A stretch of 29,875 nt of DNA from a virus (lineage: Duplodnaviria > Caudoviricetes), in the IMG/VR virus record IMGVR_UViG_3300010366_000046, positions 1 through 29,875 of that record; one strand, given 5' to 3'. The translations under genes were made by a program, and so were the position numbers. The notes under the pieces are model-generated. The model worked only from the letters and a program-made list of their open reading frames with translations, was not told the origin of the DNA and made no database searches. Below, piece by piece: positions 13,641 to 23,818 of the stretch (position 1 is its first letter; each line of letters begins with the position of its first letter).

Positions 13641-15101
13641 GTGACTGAGAAGGTCGTTACCCTCGCCTACGATCCGAACCCGAAGCAGGGTGAGGCTCAT
13701 GCACTCAAGGCCAAGTACCGCGGTTTCTGTGGCGGGTGGGGTAACGGCAAGACGACGTGGGGGTGCGTGGAGACGTTCTTGCGTCTGATCGAGTTCCCCA
13801 ACACTGAGTGCATCATCGCGAGGAAGACGCGCCCTGAGTTGAAGTCTACCACCTGGCGTATGTGGGCTGATGGTGACACGCAGCCGCATGGGTGGCATGG
13901 TGTGCCCAGGGAGATGATCCGCAAGCACAACCGCAGTGACTTGTACATGGAGCTCATCAACGGGAGCACAATCCATGGTCTGCCGCTTGACGATCCGAAG
14001 AAGCTTGAGAACTATAACCTTGGGTTCTTCTGGATCGACCAGGCGGAGGAGGTGGAGGAGGACATCTTCCTCAAGTTCCATGGCCGCTTGCGTCAGCACG
14101 CTGCTCCCAGGGAGGGACTGCTCACGTTCAACCCCAACGGCCATAACTGGCTGTGGAAGCGCTTCATAGACGAGCGGCGCGAGGAGAAGGACAAGACTAG
14201 GTATCGGTGCATCGAGGCTACCCCCTTCGACAACCCGAACCTGCCGGACGACTACCTCGAGCAGTTCGAGGGTCTACCGAAGCATTGGTATGACCGCTTT
14301 GTGTTGGGGTCTCACGACGTCTTCGTGGGGCAGATCTTCATCGACTTCGACCCGGACTTGCACGTCATAGAGCCGTTCAGGATCCCAAGCGGGTGGGAGA
14401 GGTGGCAATGCTACGACCCTGGCATACGCCACGAGGGGGCGCTCTCCTGGATCGCTCGGGACTACGATGGGAACTGCTACTACTACCGCGAGGTGTTGGA
14501 GGCGGGTCAAGATGTCTCTTGGTGGGCTGCCACGTGCTTCGAAGAGGAGAACTCTAACGACTGGGGCGGACCGGAGGAGGAGGTATATCGCCGTCTGGTG
14601 GGGCCGGAGGCACGTATACGTTCTCAGAGTGATGGCCGGTCCGTCCTGGACCTTCTTCACGAGAATGGGATCTACCCCGAGTTCTCGGATCGCGATCCTT
14701 CTGCTCGTATCTCTCGTATTACTGAGTACCTCCGGCCGAAGGTAGGCCACGCTCACCCACTGGGCGTTGATCGTCCTGAGGGTGCGCCACGTCTCTACAT
14801 CTTCGGTGATTGTGAGAAGATGATCGAGTACCTTCCGCAGTACCGTTGGAAGCCACAGAGGACGAACTTCACAGAGGAGGATCCACCTGAGCGGCCGCGT
14901 AAGAAGGATGACCACAACATCGACTGCCTCGGGCACATCTTGGTGGCACTCGACGATGAGCCAGAGATCCCAGACATTCGTCGACCGCGAACTGCGGCGC
15001 AGATCGAGGCCGCGGAGCTTGATCAGCACTTCGAGGAAGAGTTAGCGCTAGCCACTTCGGTTTCAGGCAGGTACCGAATCGGACAGGTGGTGCAAGCATA
15101 A
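13641..15101 (+). CDS. terL: Terminase large subunit
   Basis: PNPKQ adenine-binding motif, Walker A GGWGNGKT, Walker B-like FFWIDQAEE, coupling motif TFNP, DNPNLP, RNase H-like YDPG and DDHNIDCL. Confidence 0.93.
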   Translation: MTEKVVTLAYDPNPKQGEAHALKAKYRGFCGGWGNGKTTWGCVETFLRLIEFPNTECIIARKTRPELKSTTWRMWADGDTQPHGWHGVPREMIRKHNRSDLYMELINGSTIHGLPLDDPKKLENYNLGFFWIDQAEEVEEDIFLKFHGRLRQHAAPREGLLTFNPNGHNWLWKRFIDERREEKDKTRYRCIEATPFDNPNLPDDYLEQFEGLPKHWYDRFVLGSHDVFVGQIFIDFDPDLHVIEPFRIPSGWERWQCYDPGIRHEGALSWIARDYDGNCYYYREVLEAGQDVSWWAATCFEEENSNDWGGPEEEVYRRLVGPEARIRSQSDGRSVLDLLHENGIYPEFSDRDPSARISRITEYLRPKVGHAHPLGVDRPEGAPRLYIFGDCEKMIEYLPQYRWKPQRTNFTEEDPPERPRKKDDHNIDCLGHILVALDDEPEIPDIRRPRTAAQIEAAELDQHFEEELALATSVSGRYRIGQVVQA

Positions 15102-16012
15102 TGGCATGGAACGATCAACCACCCAAAGGCGGGCCAATGGTCGTGGTCGATGGGTTCCCTGGACCAGTGTACCCGCCGGACCATGCGAAGGGTCCCACAC
15201 CCGATAGCGACTTCGTGATCGCGCTCAAGCGGACGGCGGCTCGTTTGGGTGCTTGGCCTTGGGACCCTGAGGGTTGGGATAACTCCTACAGCAACCGCTT
15301 CGCGCATGGCGATGGTTGGGGTGACGCCACGCACGCGGGCATCGAGGGGTTGCAGAACTGGAGTGGTACGATTCAACCCACTGGCAACCTCGGTGAGGCG
15401 ACCTTCAACTTCCTGCGCAGTGTGAAAGTCCCGCAGGGACGTACACATGCCGGCGAGATGGCAATGGACTCGGTCGCTATCAACCTCGTCAACGCGGCTT
15501 ATCACGCTGCCAACCCAGCCCCTCCACCGACCAAGTCCAAGCGTGAGCAGGCGCTCGGCTTGGCGATCACGCAGATCGGTACGAAGGAATCACCGGCTGG
15601 TAGCAACCATGTCAAGTACACTGACTGGTACGGGATGGTGGGACCGTGGTGCGCGATGCTCGTGACCTGGTGCTACGAGGGGCCGAGCGGCGTTTGGCCT
15701 GCCAGTCCCACCTTCGACGTGCATGCCTCTCGGTACTCCTACGTACCCTACATCGTCAGCGACGCCAGCCACGGTCGGTACGGGCTCTCGGTCACTACCA
15801 CACCAAAGCCTGGCGACTTGGTCTGTTACGACTGGGAGCGGAACGGGGAGTATGACCATGTGGGGTTCTTCGAGGACTGGGTCAGTGGCCACGAATTCAC
15901 TGCCATCGAGGGTAATACCAGCACAAGCAACGACTCCAACGGAGGCGAGGTCATGCGCCGTACACGAGATGTGAACGGGCAAGCTACAAAGTTCATCAGG
16001 GTGGCGGAGTAG
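15101..16012 (+). CDS. Endolysin with C-terminal CHAP peptidase/amidase domain
   Basis: PWCAM, PKPGDLVCYDW, DHVGF, IEGNT CHAP motifs; N-terminal region resembles a peptidoglycan-binding domain. Confidence 0.88.
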   Translation: MAWNDQPPKGGPMVVVDGFPGPVYPPDHAKGPTPDSDFVIALKRTAARLGAWPWDPEGWDNSYSNRFAHGDGWGDATHAGIEGLQNWSGTIQPTGNLGEATFNFLRSVKVPQGRTHAGEMAMDSVAINLVNAAYHAANPAPPPTKSKREQALGLAITQIGTKESPAGSNHVKYTDWYGMVGPWCAMLVTWCYEGPSGVWPASPTFDVHASRYSYVPYIVSDASHGRYGLSVTTTPKPGDLVCYDWERNGEYDHVGFFEDWVSGHEFTAIEGNTSTSNDSNGGEVMRRTRDVNGQATKFIRVAE

Positions 16013-16234
16013 ATGGAAACTAAGCCGGGGTACAAGACCACCGAGTTCTGGCTGACGATCCTCACCAACATCGTGATTGGCGCCAACCTGGCGGGAGCGT
16101 TTAGTGGGATCCCGAACAGGTATGCTGCCTTAGTCGCGGCTATCGTCAACGGTGCCTATGCCATCAGTCGTGGCCAGGCGAAGCAGGGTGTAGCATACGA
16201 TCCGAAGGCGGGAGGAACTAATGCATCTAGTTGA
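16013..16234 (+). CDS. Putative holin (2 TM)
   Basis: KPGYKTTEFWLT followed by two hydrophobic helices, directly after the endolysin. Confidence 0.75.
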   Translation: METKPGYKTTEFWLTILTNIVIGANLAGAFSGIPNRYAALVAAIVNGAYAISRGQAKQGVAYDPKAGGTNASS

Positions 16235-16544
16235 GCGCATGACGTTGCCACCGAACACCTGCCTCGTCTGTGGCTGTGGTAACACGCCGGACGGGGTGAC
16301 GGGCATCGTGGGCCCCTTTGTCGACCTCGGGATCGACTACAACTGGGGCGATTCGGGTTACCTCTGTCAGGACTGTGCTGGCAAGGTGGCGGTGCTGATG
16401 GGCTGGATCTCTCCTGATACGGAGAAGGTGATTCGTCTGCAGGTCGCGAAGTTGGAGCAGAAGATCCACGATCTGGAGGCGACGATTGACCTGAAGCGCA
16501 AGCGTGAGCGGCAGGCGTTGAAGAAGGCGAGGGCATCGTCCTGA
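16221..16544 (+). CDS. Cys4 zinc-binding plus coiled-coil protein
   Basis: CLVC...YLCQDC and C-terminal heptads. Confidence 0.75.
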   Translation: MHLVERMTLPPNTCLVCGCGNTPDGVTGIVGPFVDLGIDYNWGDSGYLCQDCAGKVAVLMGWISPDTEKVIRLQVAKLEQKIHDLEATIDLKRKRERQALKKARASS

Positions 16545-16969
16545 TGACTTGGGCTGCTCTAATCGTGGGCATTCTCTTCGCGACGGGTTCGATGGGCCTG
16601 CTCGGGTATATCGCCCTAAAGCTCTTCAGATCGTCCGCAGAGATAGCCCGCGCGACGAGTGTTGCACATCAGCGCACACTAGAGTTCCTCGAGCATATCC
16701 ATGATCGCAACATGGACCAACTGTCTCAGATGGCGGACCGCTTCATGGCGTTGGACTTCGCAACGTTCAAGAACTACCAGCTAGCGGAGGCGGCTGAGTT
16801 CGGTGGGCTGGAGGAGCCTGAGGTGGCGGTGGAGGCGTACACGCCGAGTGGTGCAGTAATCCCCATCGGAGATGAGGTACGACGCCGCCTCGAGGCTGCA
16901 GCGAATGAGGAGAAGTTGTTGGCTGAAGACTTCGGTGAGGGTTGGGATGAGGGGGAGGGTAACCGGTGA
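16544..16969 (+). CDS. N-terminal TM hypothetical protein
   Basis: Hydrophobic first 28 aa; coupled to both neighbours. Confidence 0.7.
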   Translation: MTWAALIVGILFATGSMGLLGYIALKLFRSSAEIARATSVAHQRTLEFLEHIHDRNMDQLSQMADRFMALDFATFKNYQLAEAAEFGGLEEPEVAVEAYTPSGAVIPIGDEVRRRLEAAANEEKLLAEDFGEGWDEGEGNR

Positions 16970-19197
16970 GAATCGGCGAATCTCGTGGTCGTGACGACCT
17001 GCTTAGCGCCCTGAAGACGACGTATGACCGCCGCATACTGTTGAGGCGTGCCCGAGAAGTTGTCTGGTGGAACTCGATCGCGTTGGTCGCTGGTGACCAC
17101 TACGCTCGGTACAACCCCAACCGGGCGCTGTATGAGGACCGCGATCCGGCCTTTCAGCCTGACTACGTGGATAAGAAACCGCGGATGGTGGTGAACCACG
17201 CCCTAGCGGTCGCGCGGACAGAGCTGGCCAAGCTGACCAAATCGCGGCCAATCATGGAGGTTGTTGCGAACTCCAACGAGCCGGAGGACATTGCCGCCAC
17301 CAAGGTGTCGAAGGCGGCGCTTCAGTACGCGGATTGGCGTTTCAAACTGATGAAACTGCGCAAGCAGGCGTACTGGTGGATGATCGTCTGTGGGGTGGGT
17401 GGCCGGTACGTTGGTTGGGACTACCTCGACGAGAGTGCGGGTCAGATCGAGTTTATGATCGACCCCGCTACAGGCGAGCCGACGTTCAATCCGTTGCGCC
17501 AGCGTCAGCTGGAGCAAATGGAAAGTGCAGGCGTGATCGATGAGCTCGAGAAGGATCGCTATCCGATGGGGGAGATCGAGAACAAGGTCTACTCCCCCTT
17601 CCAGATGCTGCCTGACGAGACGGCGCTGGACTTCGATGAGTGTCGGGATATCATCGTGACGGACGTGGTGGATGTCGATGAACTGAAAGGCATCTACGGG
17701 CGTTCGGCTGCGTATGTAAATCCCGAGGTGCCACAGCTGGGCGTGGTCGAGCGACGTATGATGGAGCGTATTGGCGCGGTTAATCCGCTGATGGAGTCGA
17801 GGGCGGAGAACGCTGCCTACGTCCATACGTACTGGCTGGAGCCTGGGTTCTATCGGAACAACTCGTTCCTCGAGAATGGCATCATGCTGCGGTGGTGCCA
17901 GGACAAGATACTTGACGTCTCTGGTGCGTTTCCATACCAGGATAGTCGGTTGCCGTTTGCCTTCTACACGCACATTCCCAGTGCTACCTCGATTTGGCCA
18001 CAGTCAGTGATGGAGCAAATACGCGATCTGAACTTGGAGATCGACAAGACTACGTCTCAGCTCATCGAGAATAAGGACTACATGGCCAATCCGATGTGGC
18101 TCATCGCAACCCAGCACAAAGTGAAAGGACAGATGAAGAATGTCGCGGGTGGAGTTGTCAGATACGTCCACGTCCCAAATGTGCCGCCACCCGCTCCCGT
18201 ACAGGGCGTCCAAATGCCAGCGCAGGTTGAGTCGCTCCTCGCGGGCTTGCGTGAACAGATCCTTGACGTCTCAGGCCAGAGTGAGGTCAGCAGAGGTAGC
18301 GTCCCGACGGGGGTACGCAGTGGTGTGGCCGTAGCGTACCTGCAGGAGGAGGACGACACGAAACTGGGGCCGACGATTGACAACATGGAGCAGGCTATCG
18401 CATTGGAGTCGTCTCTGACCTTGGAGCGATTTTCCCAGTTCTATACAGCCCCGCGGATTCTCCGCTTCTACCGCCACGATGGCAAGTTCGACGTCTTGAA
18501 GTTCAAGGGTGCTGACCTAAAGAACAATACCGACGTTGTCTGTCAGGCGGGCTCCATGATGCCGAAGATGAAGGCTGCGCGGCAGCAGTACACACTTGAG
18601 CTTGTCAGTCTTGGTATCCTTACGGATCCCAAGGAGATCAAGGAAGAGTTGGACTTGGGTGCGGGTGAGCCGGACAATAACGATAAGGCTGTGGCACAGG
18701 CAGACCGTGAGAACAACATCATGCTCCACGGGTTGGGGCTTGGCATGTTCACGCTGCCGACCAACGCGCAGGACAGTGACATCCAGAAGACTGTCAGTGC
18801 GGCAGTTCCCGTGAAGGCGTGGCACAATCATGCTCTCCACATCGAGCGCCACACGTCGCAGATGATGGATGAGGAGTTCGATCAGCTCTCAATATCTCAC
18901 CCGGGGATTCCGAGGCTGTTCGACGAGCATGTAGCCATGCACCAACAGTTCTTGGCCCAACAGCAACAGCAGCAGGCTGCTATGCTACAGGCCGCAAAGG
19001 GTGCACCTGGAGGACCTCCTGCCGGGCAACAGCAAGTTGGTGGAGCAAATGGGACGCCTCCACCACCTCCGAACACAGCACTGCCTCCAGCGCAAACGAG
19101 GCAGACTACGAACATGCCCGACATAATCGGTGGCGGCATGACCAACCTCCAGGTGCGCCAACCTAGGGCACTACCAGACACGAGGGCGAGGGCCTGA
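16966..19197 (+). CDS. Portal protein
   Basis: 743 aa between terL and scaffold/capsid; DLNLEIDKTTSQ, ANPMW, DVSGQSEVSRG, SGVAVAYLQE podoviral-type portal motifs; Q/P-rich tail. Confidence 0.85.
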   Translation: MRIGESRGRDDLLSALKTTYDRRILLRRAREVVWWNSIALVAGDHYARYNPNRALYEDRDPAFQPDYVDKKPRMVVNHALAVARTELAKLTKSRPIMEVVANSNEPEDIAATKVSKAALQYADWRFKLMKLRKQAYWWMIVCGVGGRYVGWDYLDESAGQIEFMIDPATGEPTFNPLRQRQLEQMESAGVIDELEKDRYPMGEIENKVYSPFQMLPDETALDFDECRDIIVTDVVDVDELKGIYGRSAAYVNPEVPQLGVVERRMMERIGAVNPLMESRAENAAYVHTYWLEPGFYRNNSFLENGIMLRWCQDKILDVSGAFPYQDSRLPFAFYTHIPSATSIWPQSVMEQIRDLNLEIDKTTSQLIENKDYMANPMWLIATQHKVKGQMKNVAGGVVRYVHVPNVPPPAPVQGVQMPAQVESLLAGLREQILDVSGQSEVSRGSVPTGVRSGVAVAYLQEEDDTKLGPTIDNMEQAIALESSLTLERFSQFYTAPRILRFYRHDGKFDVLKFKGADLKNNTDVVCQAGSMMPKMKAARQQYTLELVSLGILTDPKEIKEELDLGAGEPDNNDKAVAQADRENNIMLHGLGLGMFTLPTNAQDSDIQKTVSAAVPVKAWHNHALHIERHTSQMMDEEFDQLSISHPGIPRLFDEHVAMHQQFLAQQQQQQAAMLQAAKGAPGGPPAGQQQVGGANGTPPPPPNTALPPAQTRQTTNMPDIIGGGMTNLQVRQPRALPDTRARA

Positions 19198-19370
19198 TGC
19201 CATACGCCAACGTACCGAAGCATCTCTGGGGCAAGATGGACGACTGCGTCACCCAGGTGAAGGCGAAGGGCAAGGGGAAGAACGCCTACGCGATCTGTTA
19301 CAGCTCTGTGGTTGGCAGTGAAATCTCGACCGCAGCAAAACAGCGACTGAAGGGGAAGGGAGGTAAGTAG
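19197..19370 (+). CDS. Small basic two-Cys protein (57 aa, not in ORF track)
   Basis: MPYANVPKHLWGKMDDCVTQVKAKGKGKNAYAICYSSVVG...; TGATG coupling to the portal stop. Confidence 0.7.
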   Translation: MPYANVPKHLWGKMDDCVTQVKAKGKGKNAYAICYSSVVGSEISTAAKQRLKGKGGK

Positions 19371-19371
19371 A

Positions 19372-19857
19372 GTGGCACAAAGGTCAAGCAGCAGGTCTGC
19401 AGCGTCGACTCCTGAGGAGGAGACTCCCGACGAGGAGGCGACTGAGACGACAGAGGAAGAGACAGCTGAGGACGACGAGGCGGCAACCGAAGAGGGTGCT
19501 GACGACGCTCCTGCCGAGGCGGTCGCATCTGATACTCCGCTTGCGGAGGTCGATGTGGCAGATATCGGTACGGACAAGCTCGAGGGCGAGAACGACCCGG
19601 TGATCCAGGCCGGTGAGACGTGGGTGACGCTTGCAGAGCACGAGGGTGTTCCTGACTGGGCGGTTGGCAACATCGCTCAGGTCATCTCGGCTCCCACCGT
19701 CACCACTGTGGACGAGGACACAGGTGCTTCGACTACGGTCAACCCGCCGAATGGCGTGTACGAGGTCAGGGAGAGGTCCCAGGGGCCGACGTTCTTCCTG
19801 CCGCGTGACGCCTTCGAGGAGGTGCACTCGCACGGAAGGCCGCTGACGTTCGCATGA
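19372..19857 (+). CDS. Acidic hypothetical protein
   Basis: GGAGGT RBS; E/D-rich N-terminus and small beta-type C-terminal domain. Confidence 0.75.
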   Translation: MAQRSSSRSAASTPEEETPDEEATETTEEETAEDDEAATEEGADDAPAEAVASDTPLAEVDVADIGTDKLEGENDPVIQAGETWVTLAEHEGVPDWAVGNIAQVISAPTVTTVDEDTGASTTVNPPNGVYEVRERSQGPTFFLPRDAFEEVHSHGRPLTFA

Positions 19858-20147
19858 CCGAAGACCTCCACAATCTGAACGATGCGTTGGCTTACTTGGA
19901 CAAGAAGGCCGTCCACACGAACCAGGGGACATTCGTCAGGTTGGAGGACGTAAAGGAGGCGATGCAAACCGTCCAGGATACACGGGCGATTGAAAGGGCT
20001 ACAGCTCCTCGGCCCAAGACGATGGAGCAAGCTAAGCAGATGGTCCGTCAAGACGAGGACTTGATGAAGGAGTTCCAGACGGACAAGGTAGCGCCGCCTG
20101 GTCATTCTGTACCTGCAATGGTCCCCGAATCGCCGTCGAGGGCGTAA
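19854..20147 (+). CDS. Hypothetical protein (97 aa)
   Basis: ATGA overlap; head module. Confidence 0.7.
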   Translation: MTEDLHNLNDALAYLDKKAVHTNQGTFVRLEDVKEAMQTVQDTRAIERATAPRPKTMEQAKQMVRQDEDLMKEFQTDKVAPPGHSVPAMVPESPSRA

Positions 20148-20169
20148 AGCGTAGGGACAAGGAGATGGG

Positions 20170-21057
20170 ATGAGTTCAGGACAAGAACTAACTCGAGAAG
20201 TGTTGGATAGGATGCGCGCTGATGGCATCGACCCGTCTAAGCCCCTAGAGGGTCAGGGTGGGACTCCAGCACAGGGTACCGGAGAGGCTCCGGCCCCTTC
20301 CACACCTCCCGCGGGGGAGTCAAACGCCGATAACAGTGGACAGGGCACACCGGAAACGGTTCCGTACTCCCGCTTTGCGGAGGTTAATGGCCGTATGAGG
20401 GACCTCGAAACACGTTGGGGGATCCTCGACGAATACGGTATCGAACCTGACTCCGCGGTTCGACTGGCTAGCTTCGAGGCTGCCTACATGCAGGACCCCT
20501 CGGGGACGATCTCTTCGATGGTGGACCAACTGGACTTGCCCGACTCTCAGAAGAGCGCTGTCAAGGCGCTCCTCACCAACGAGAGTGCTGTGGCGCAGAT
20601 GACACCCGCCGACGATGGGCAAACGCCCCCCGCTGAGCTTTCTGCAGAGGTGAAAGAGGTCGTTGATTGGGTCCGCGAACGCCGCGAGACGGAGGCTCAG
20701 ACTGAGTCACAGCAGCGACTCGACCACGTAGTTGGCCATTGGCGATCACTCGATCAGAACGATGGTATTCAGGTCCCCGAACGTCAGCGTCTTATGTATA
20801 TCCAGACAACCGCAGCGGCTGGTGGATTCCAGACGCTCGAAGAGTTGGCTGAGAGAGCACGAGATGCCTGGCTCGAGGATCGAGATGCCAACGTAGGGGG
20901 AGTGATTCAGCGAACGAGAACGGGATCACCTCTTGCGGTACCCTCTGGTGGAGTTCCTCCCGCCACACCTGTTGTGCCCCGCACAATGGAGGAGGCACGG
21001 AAACTCATCAATGCGGATATCGCAGCAGGTCGAATCCCTGATCTGAGAGGAGAGTAG
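20170..21057 (+). CDS. Capsid scaffolding protein (putative)
   Basis: ETVPYSRFAEVN motif, acidic helical composition, upstream of the capsid gene. Confidence 0.75.
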   Translation: MSSGQELTREVLDRMRADGIDPSKPLEGQGGTPAQGTGEAPAPSTPPAGESNADNSGQGTPETVPYSRFAEVNGRMRDLETRWGILDEYGIEPDSAVRLASFEAAYMQDPSGTISSMVDQLDLPDSQKSAVKALLTNESAVAQMTPADDGQTPPAELSAEVKEVVDWVRERRETEAQTESQQRLDHVVGHWRSLDQNDGIQVPERQRLMYIQTTAAAGGFQTLEELAERARDAWLEDRDANVGGVIQRTRTGSPLAVPSGGVPPATPVVPRTMEEARKLINADIAAGRIPDLRGE

Positions 21058-21060
21058 TCG

Positions 21061-21393
21061 ATGGCAGCAACCGCAGCGATCATTGACCGCGGAGCCGCCG
21101 GAGATCTGTTCTTCCGGGTTGTAGATGTGACCTTCGACGGGTCTTACCCAGGTGGGGGTTATGCCCTCACTCCGCAGCAGTTGGGGCTGGGGCTGAACGG
21201 CACGATCTTCGGCGTGTTCGGCAACACCTCCAAGACTGCTGGGTGGATGGTCGGATGGGATTACACAAACTCGAAGCTCCAGGTCTTCGATGGCTCCGGG
21301 GCTACAAGCGTTGCCATGCATGAGGCAGCAGCGGCCACAGTGCTGACAGGTGTTGTGGCCCGCGTGTTCGTGCTCGGCAAGGGCCAAGGCTAG
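21061..21393 (+). CDS. Putative capsid decoration/minor head protein
   Basis: 110 aa beta-rich (VTFDGSYPGGGYAL) between scaffold and major capsid genes. Confidence 0.55.
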   Translation: MAATAAIIDRGAAGDLFFRVVDVTFDGSYPGGGYALTPQQLGLGLNGTIFGVFGNTSKTAGWMVGWDYTNSKLQVFDGSGATSVAMHEAAAATVLTGVVARVFVLGKGQG

Positions 21394-21407
21394 AAGGGAG
21401 GAACTAA

Positions 21408-22697
21408 GTGCAGACTACATCCGCTGCTGATCAGATCCTCCAGAACTACTATCTCCCTGTCGTCCGGGAGATGGTGAACCAGCGTGCGATCCTGCTCTTC
21501 GGGTATTCGCCTGCTGAACTGGAGAGCGGATCAGGCTCCATGAATGCCACTGAAGGCGAGACGATGGACTACCGCGGTATCTCTCGTGACGCGGAGATCA
21601 TCGAGTTCGCTGGTCGTCAGTGGGTCGTTGCTGTCCACACTGGGCGCAACGAGTCGGGTACTGCACGCGCGGAAGGTGGCACGTTGCCGCCGGCTGGGCA
21701 GCAGTCCTGGAACGACCTCATCGACAAGGTCCGCAAGCTGTACAAGCAGATTCAGCTGACGGGCTTCTCGATGGAGGTCACCGAGCGTAGCGTCGGTGCA
21801 TACCTGCGGCTGCTCGAGGGTGAGACCGTTGGTGCGGTTAACGACCTCCGCAAGGACATGAACCGCCAAGCGTTCGGCGATCAGTCAGGGATCCTCGCCA
21901 ACATCACGGCGAAGGGCACCAACACGATCACGGTCGACAACCTGCAGTACCTGAGGGTTGGCATGTATATCGACTTCGTCAACTACTCCACGCTGGCTGT
22001 GGTCGGTACGGCGAACGTGCAGATCACTGCCATCGCACCGTCCACTCGCGTGGTGACGTACGGTGGTGCTGATCAGTCGGCGTCGATCACGGCGGGTACT
22101 CACGTGCCGATGCTGAACGGCAACGCGGGACTGGAGATCAACGGCCTGAGGAAGGTCGTGCGCTCCGATCTGTCCCAGAACTACTCGCTACACGGCATTG
22201 ACTCATCTGTTGCCGGCAACGAGTGGTGGAAGGCGAAGCAGACCGACGGTGGCAACGTCACCTTCGACGAAGACGTAGGCCAGCTGTTGCTCGACCAGAT
22301 CGGTGCAGAAGGCTGGGAGACTCAGATGATCTTGACGACTCGCGGTATTCGCCGCCGCTACGTCAACACGCTGAAGGCCATGAAGCGATGGAACGACTCC
22401 AGCGCGCTCACGCTGCACGGTGGGTTCAAGTACATCGACTACAATGGGCTTCCCCTGGTCTTCGACGACGACTGCCCGAAGCAGTACATGTTCTTCATCC
22501 GCCCGGACGACTTCCTGTGGGTCCAGCTCAACGGGAATGACTTCAGGTGGATGAACAGGGACGGTGCAATCCTCCGCAAGGTCGAGACCACCGACCTCGA
22601 CGCCTACAAGGCAACCCTCTACAAGTACTGCGATCTCGGCGTGATGAGGCGTAAGACTCAGGGGGTCATCTACAACCTGGCCGACGACATTCCGTAG
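21408..22697 (+). CDS. Major capsid protein (HK97 fold inferred)
   Basis: 429 aa; ARAEGGTLP, DMNRQAFGD, GFKYIDYNGLPLVFDDDCP, C-terminal QGVIYNL; strong codon bias; position. Confidence 0.88.
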   Translation: MQTTSAADQILQNYYLPVVREMVNQRAILLFGYSPAELESGSGSMNATEGETMDYRGISRDAEIIEFAGRQWVVAVHTGRNESGTARAEGGTLPPAGQQSWNDLIDKVRKLYKQIQLTGFSMEVTERSVGAYLRLLEGETVGAVNDLRKDMNRQAFGDQSGILANITAKGTNTITVDNLQYLRVGMYIDFVNYSTLAVVGTANVQITAIAPSTRVVTYGGADQSASITAGTHVPMLNGNAGLEINGLRKVVRSDLSQNYSLHGIDSSVAGNEWWKAKQTDGGNVTFDEDVGQLLLDQIGAEGWETQMILTTRGIRRRYVNTLKAMKRWNDSSALTLHGGFKYIDYNGLPLVFDDDCPKQYMFFIRPDDFLWVQLNGNDFRWMNRDGAILRKVETTDLDAYKATLYKYCDLGVMRRKTQGVIYNLADDIP

Positions 22698-22716
22698 GCC
22701 GCGGGGGAGGCTGGCG

Positions 22717-23163
22717 ATGGAGCTTAGGGCGATCAAGTCCTACTACGATAACCGGCGGGGGCTGGTAACGCTGGACAACGACGTCCTCTCCATCGTCAGC
22801 CAAGTCCGCGAGCGGTACGGGAATCGGATCCGCATCTGCTGGGATGAGTTCTCTGAGCACTTCGTATTCTCTGAGGTATGTGATGACCAGGTGGAGCGAC
22901 TGATCTTCACGACGCCCGAGCTTGATGGCCGAGCGCTGGATCGACTGATTCGATCAGACAGTCAGCTGCGGGGGTACGTAGATCCGTACGATGCTGCAGA
23001 GCGCGAGCAGGATGCGCTCGAACAAGCCACGAATGATGAGACACGCGCGAGGGTAAGTGAGCCCCTCGAGCGCTTCATCCACCAGTTGAAGAGGGATGGC
23101 ACAGAACCTCGCCTACCACTGGCTGTGGCAGTACCTAAGGAGGTGAGAGATGCCGACGACTAA
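22717..23163 (+). CDS. Hypothetical protein following the major capsid gene
   Basis: GGAGG RBS; 148 aa. Confidence 0.75.
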   Translation: MELRAIKSYYDNRRGLVTLDNDVLSIVSQVRERYGNRIRICWDEFSEHFVFSEVCDDQVERLIFTTPELDGRALDRLIRSDSQLRGYVDPYDAAEREQDALEQATNDETRARVSEPLERFIHQLKRDGTEPRLPLAVAVPKEVRDADD

Positions 23164-23818
23164 CGGGCAACTTCAGCTGACTGACTTTGACGCAGCGCTT
23201 CTCGCTCGAGGCTTCGATGCGTTCCAGCCGGTGGAGCGGACGCAGATGATTAACCTCGGGTATCGGTATGTCGCTCGTAAGTTCCCATTCTTCTGGCTGC
23301 GGTCGCAGAAGAACTACACGATCAACCCTGGTGATGCACCACTAGCTATCGCGGGAGGTGCACCTCTCACTCCGAACAGTGTGATGAACGTAGATATCAC
23401 CAGCGACCCGTACCGTCGGAAACTTGAAGTTGCGTCCGAGGACTACTTCCGTCGTCGTTGGCAATATCAGGATCTCACGGCGGCGCAGAACAGAGGCACT
23501 CCCGTGAGGTACTACGTTTACGCGGGATCGTTGTACCTTCTCCCACCGCCCCAGGCGCAGATTACAATCACAGTCTTCTACTACCAGTACCTCGCAGACA
23601 TGGTGAACCTCACTGACGTGTCGGCCTTGCCACAGATCTATGACGAGGTGATTCTCGACGCTGCGCTTGTGCGGTGTCATCGGCGAGCGCATGAGCTCCA
23701 ACTTGCTCAGGAGGCGCAGGGCCGAGTGAACGAGGCTGTGGACGACATGCTTGGGGATGATATCTGGGAGATGGAGGAACTACAGGAGCGGGTCCTGCCC
23801 GACGATCAGTGGCTATGA
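23150..23818 (+). CDS. Head-tail adaptor (tail tubular protein A-like)
   Basis: GTPVRYY...LYLLPPP...LPQIYDEVILDAAL pattern; size and position. Confidence 0.7.
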   Translation: MPTTNGQLQLTDFDAALLARGFDAFQPVERTQMINLGYRYVARKFPFFWLRSQKNYTINPGDAPLAIAGGAPLTPNSVMNVDITSDPYRRKLEVASEDYFRRRWQYQDLTAAQNRGTPVRYYVYAGSLYLLPPPQAQITITVFYYQYLADMVNLTDVSALPQIYDEVILDAALVRCHRRAHELQLAQEAQGRVNEAVDDMLGDDIWEMEELQERVLPDDQWL

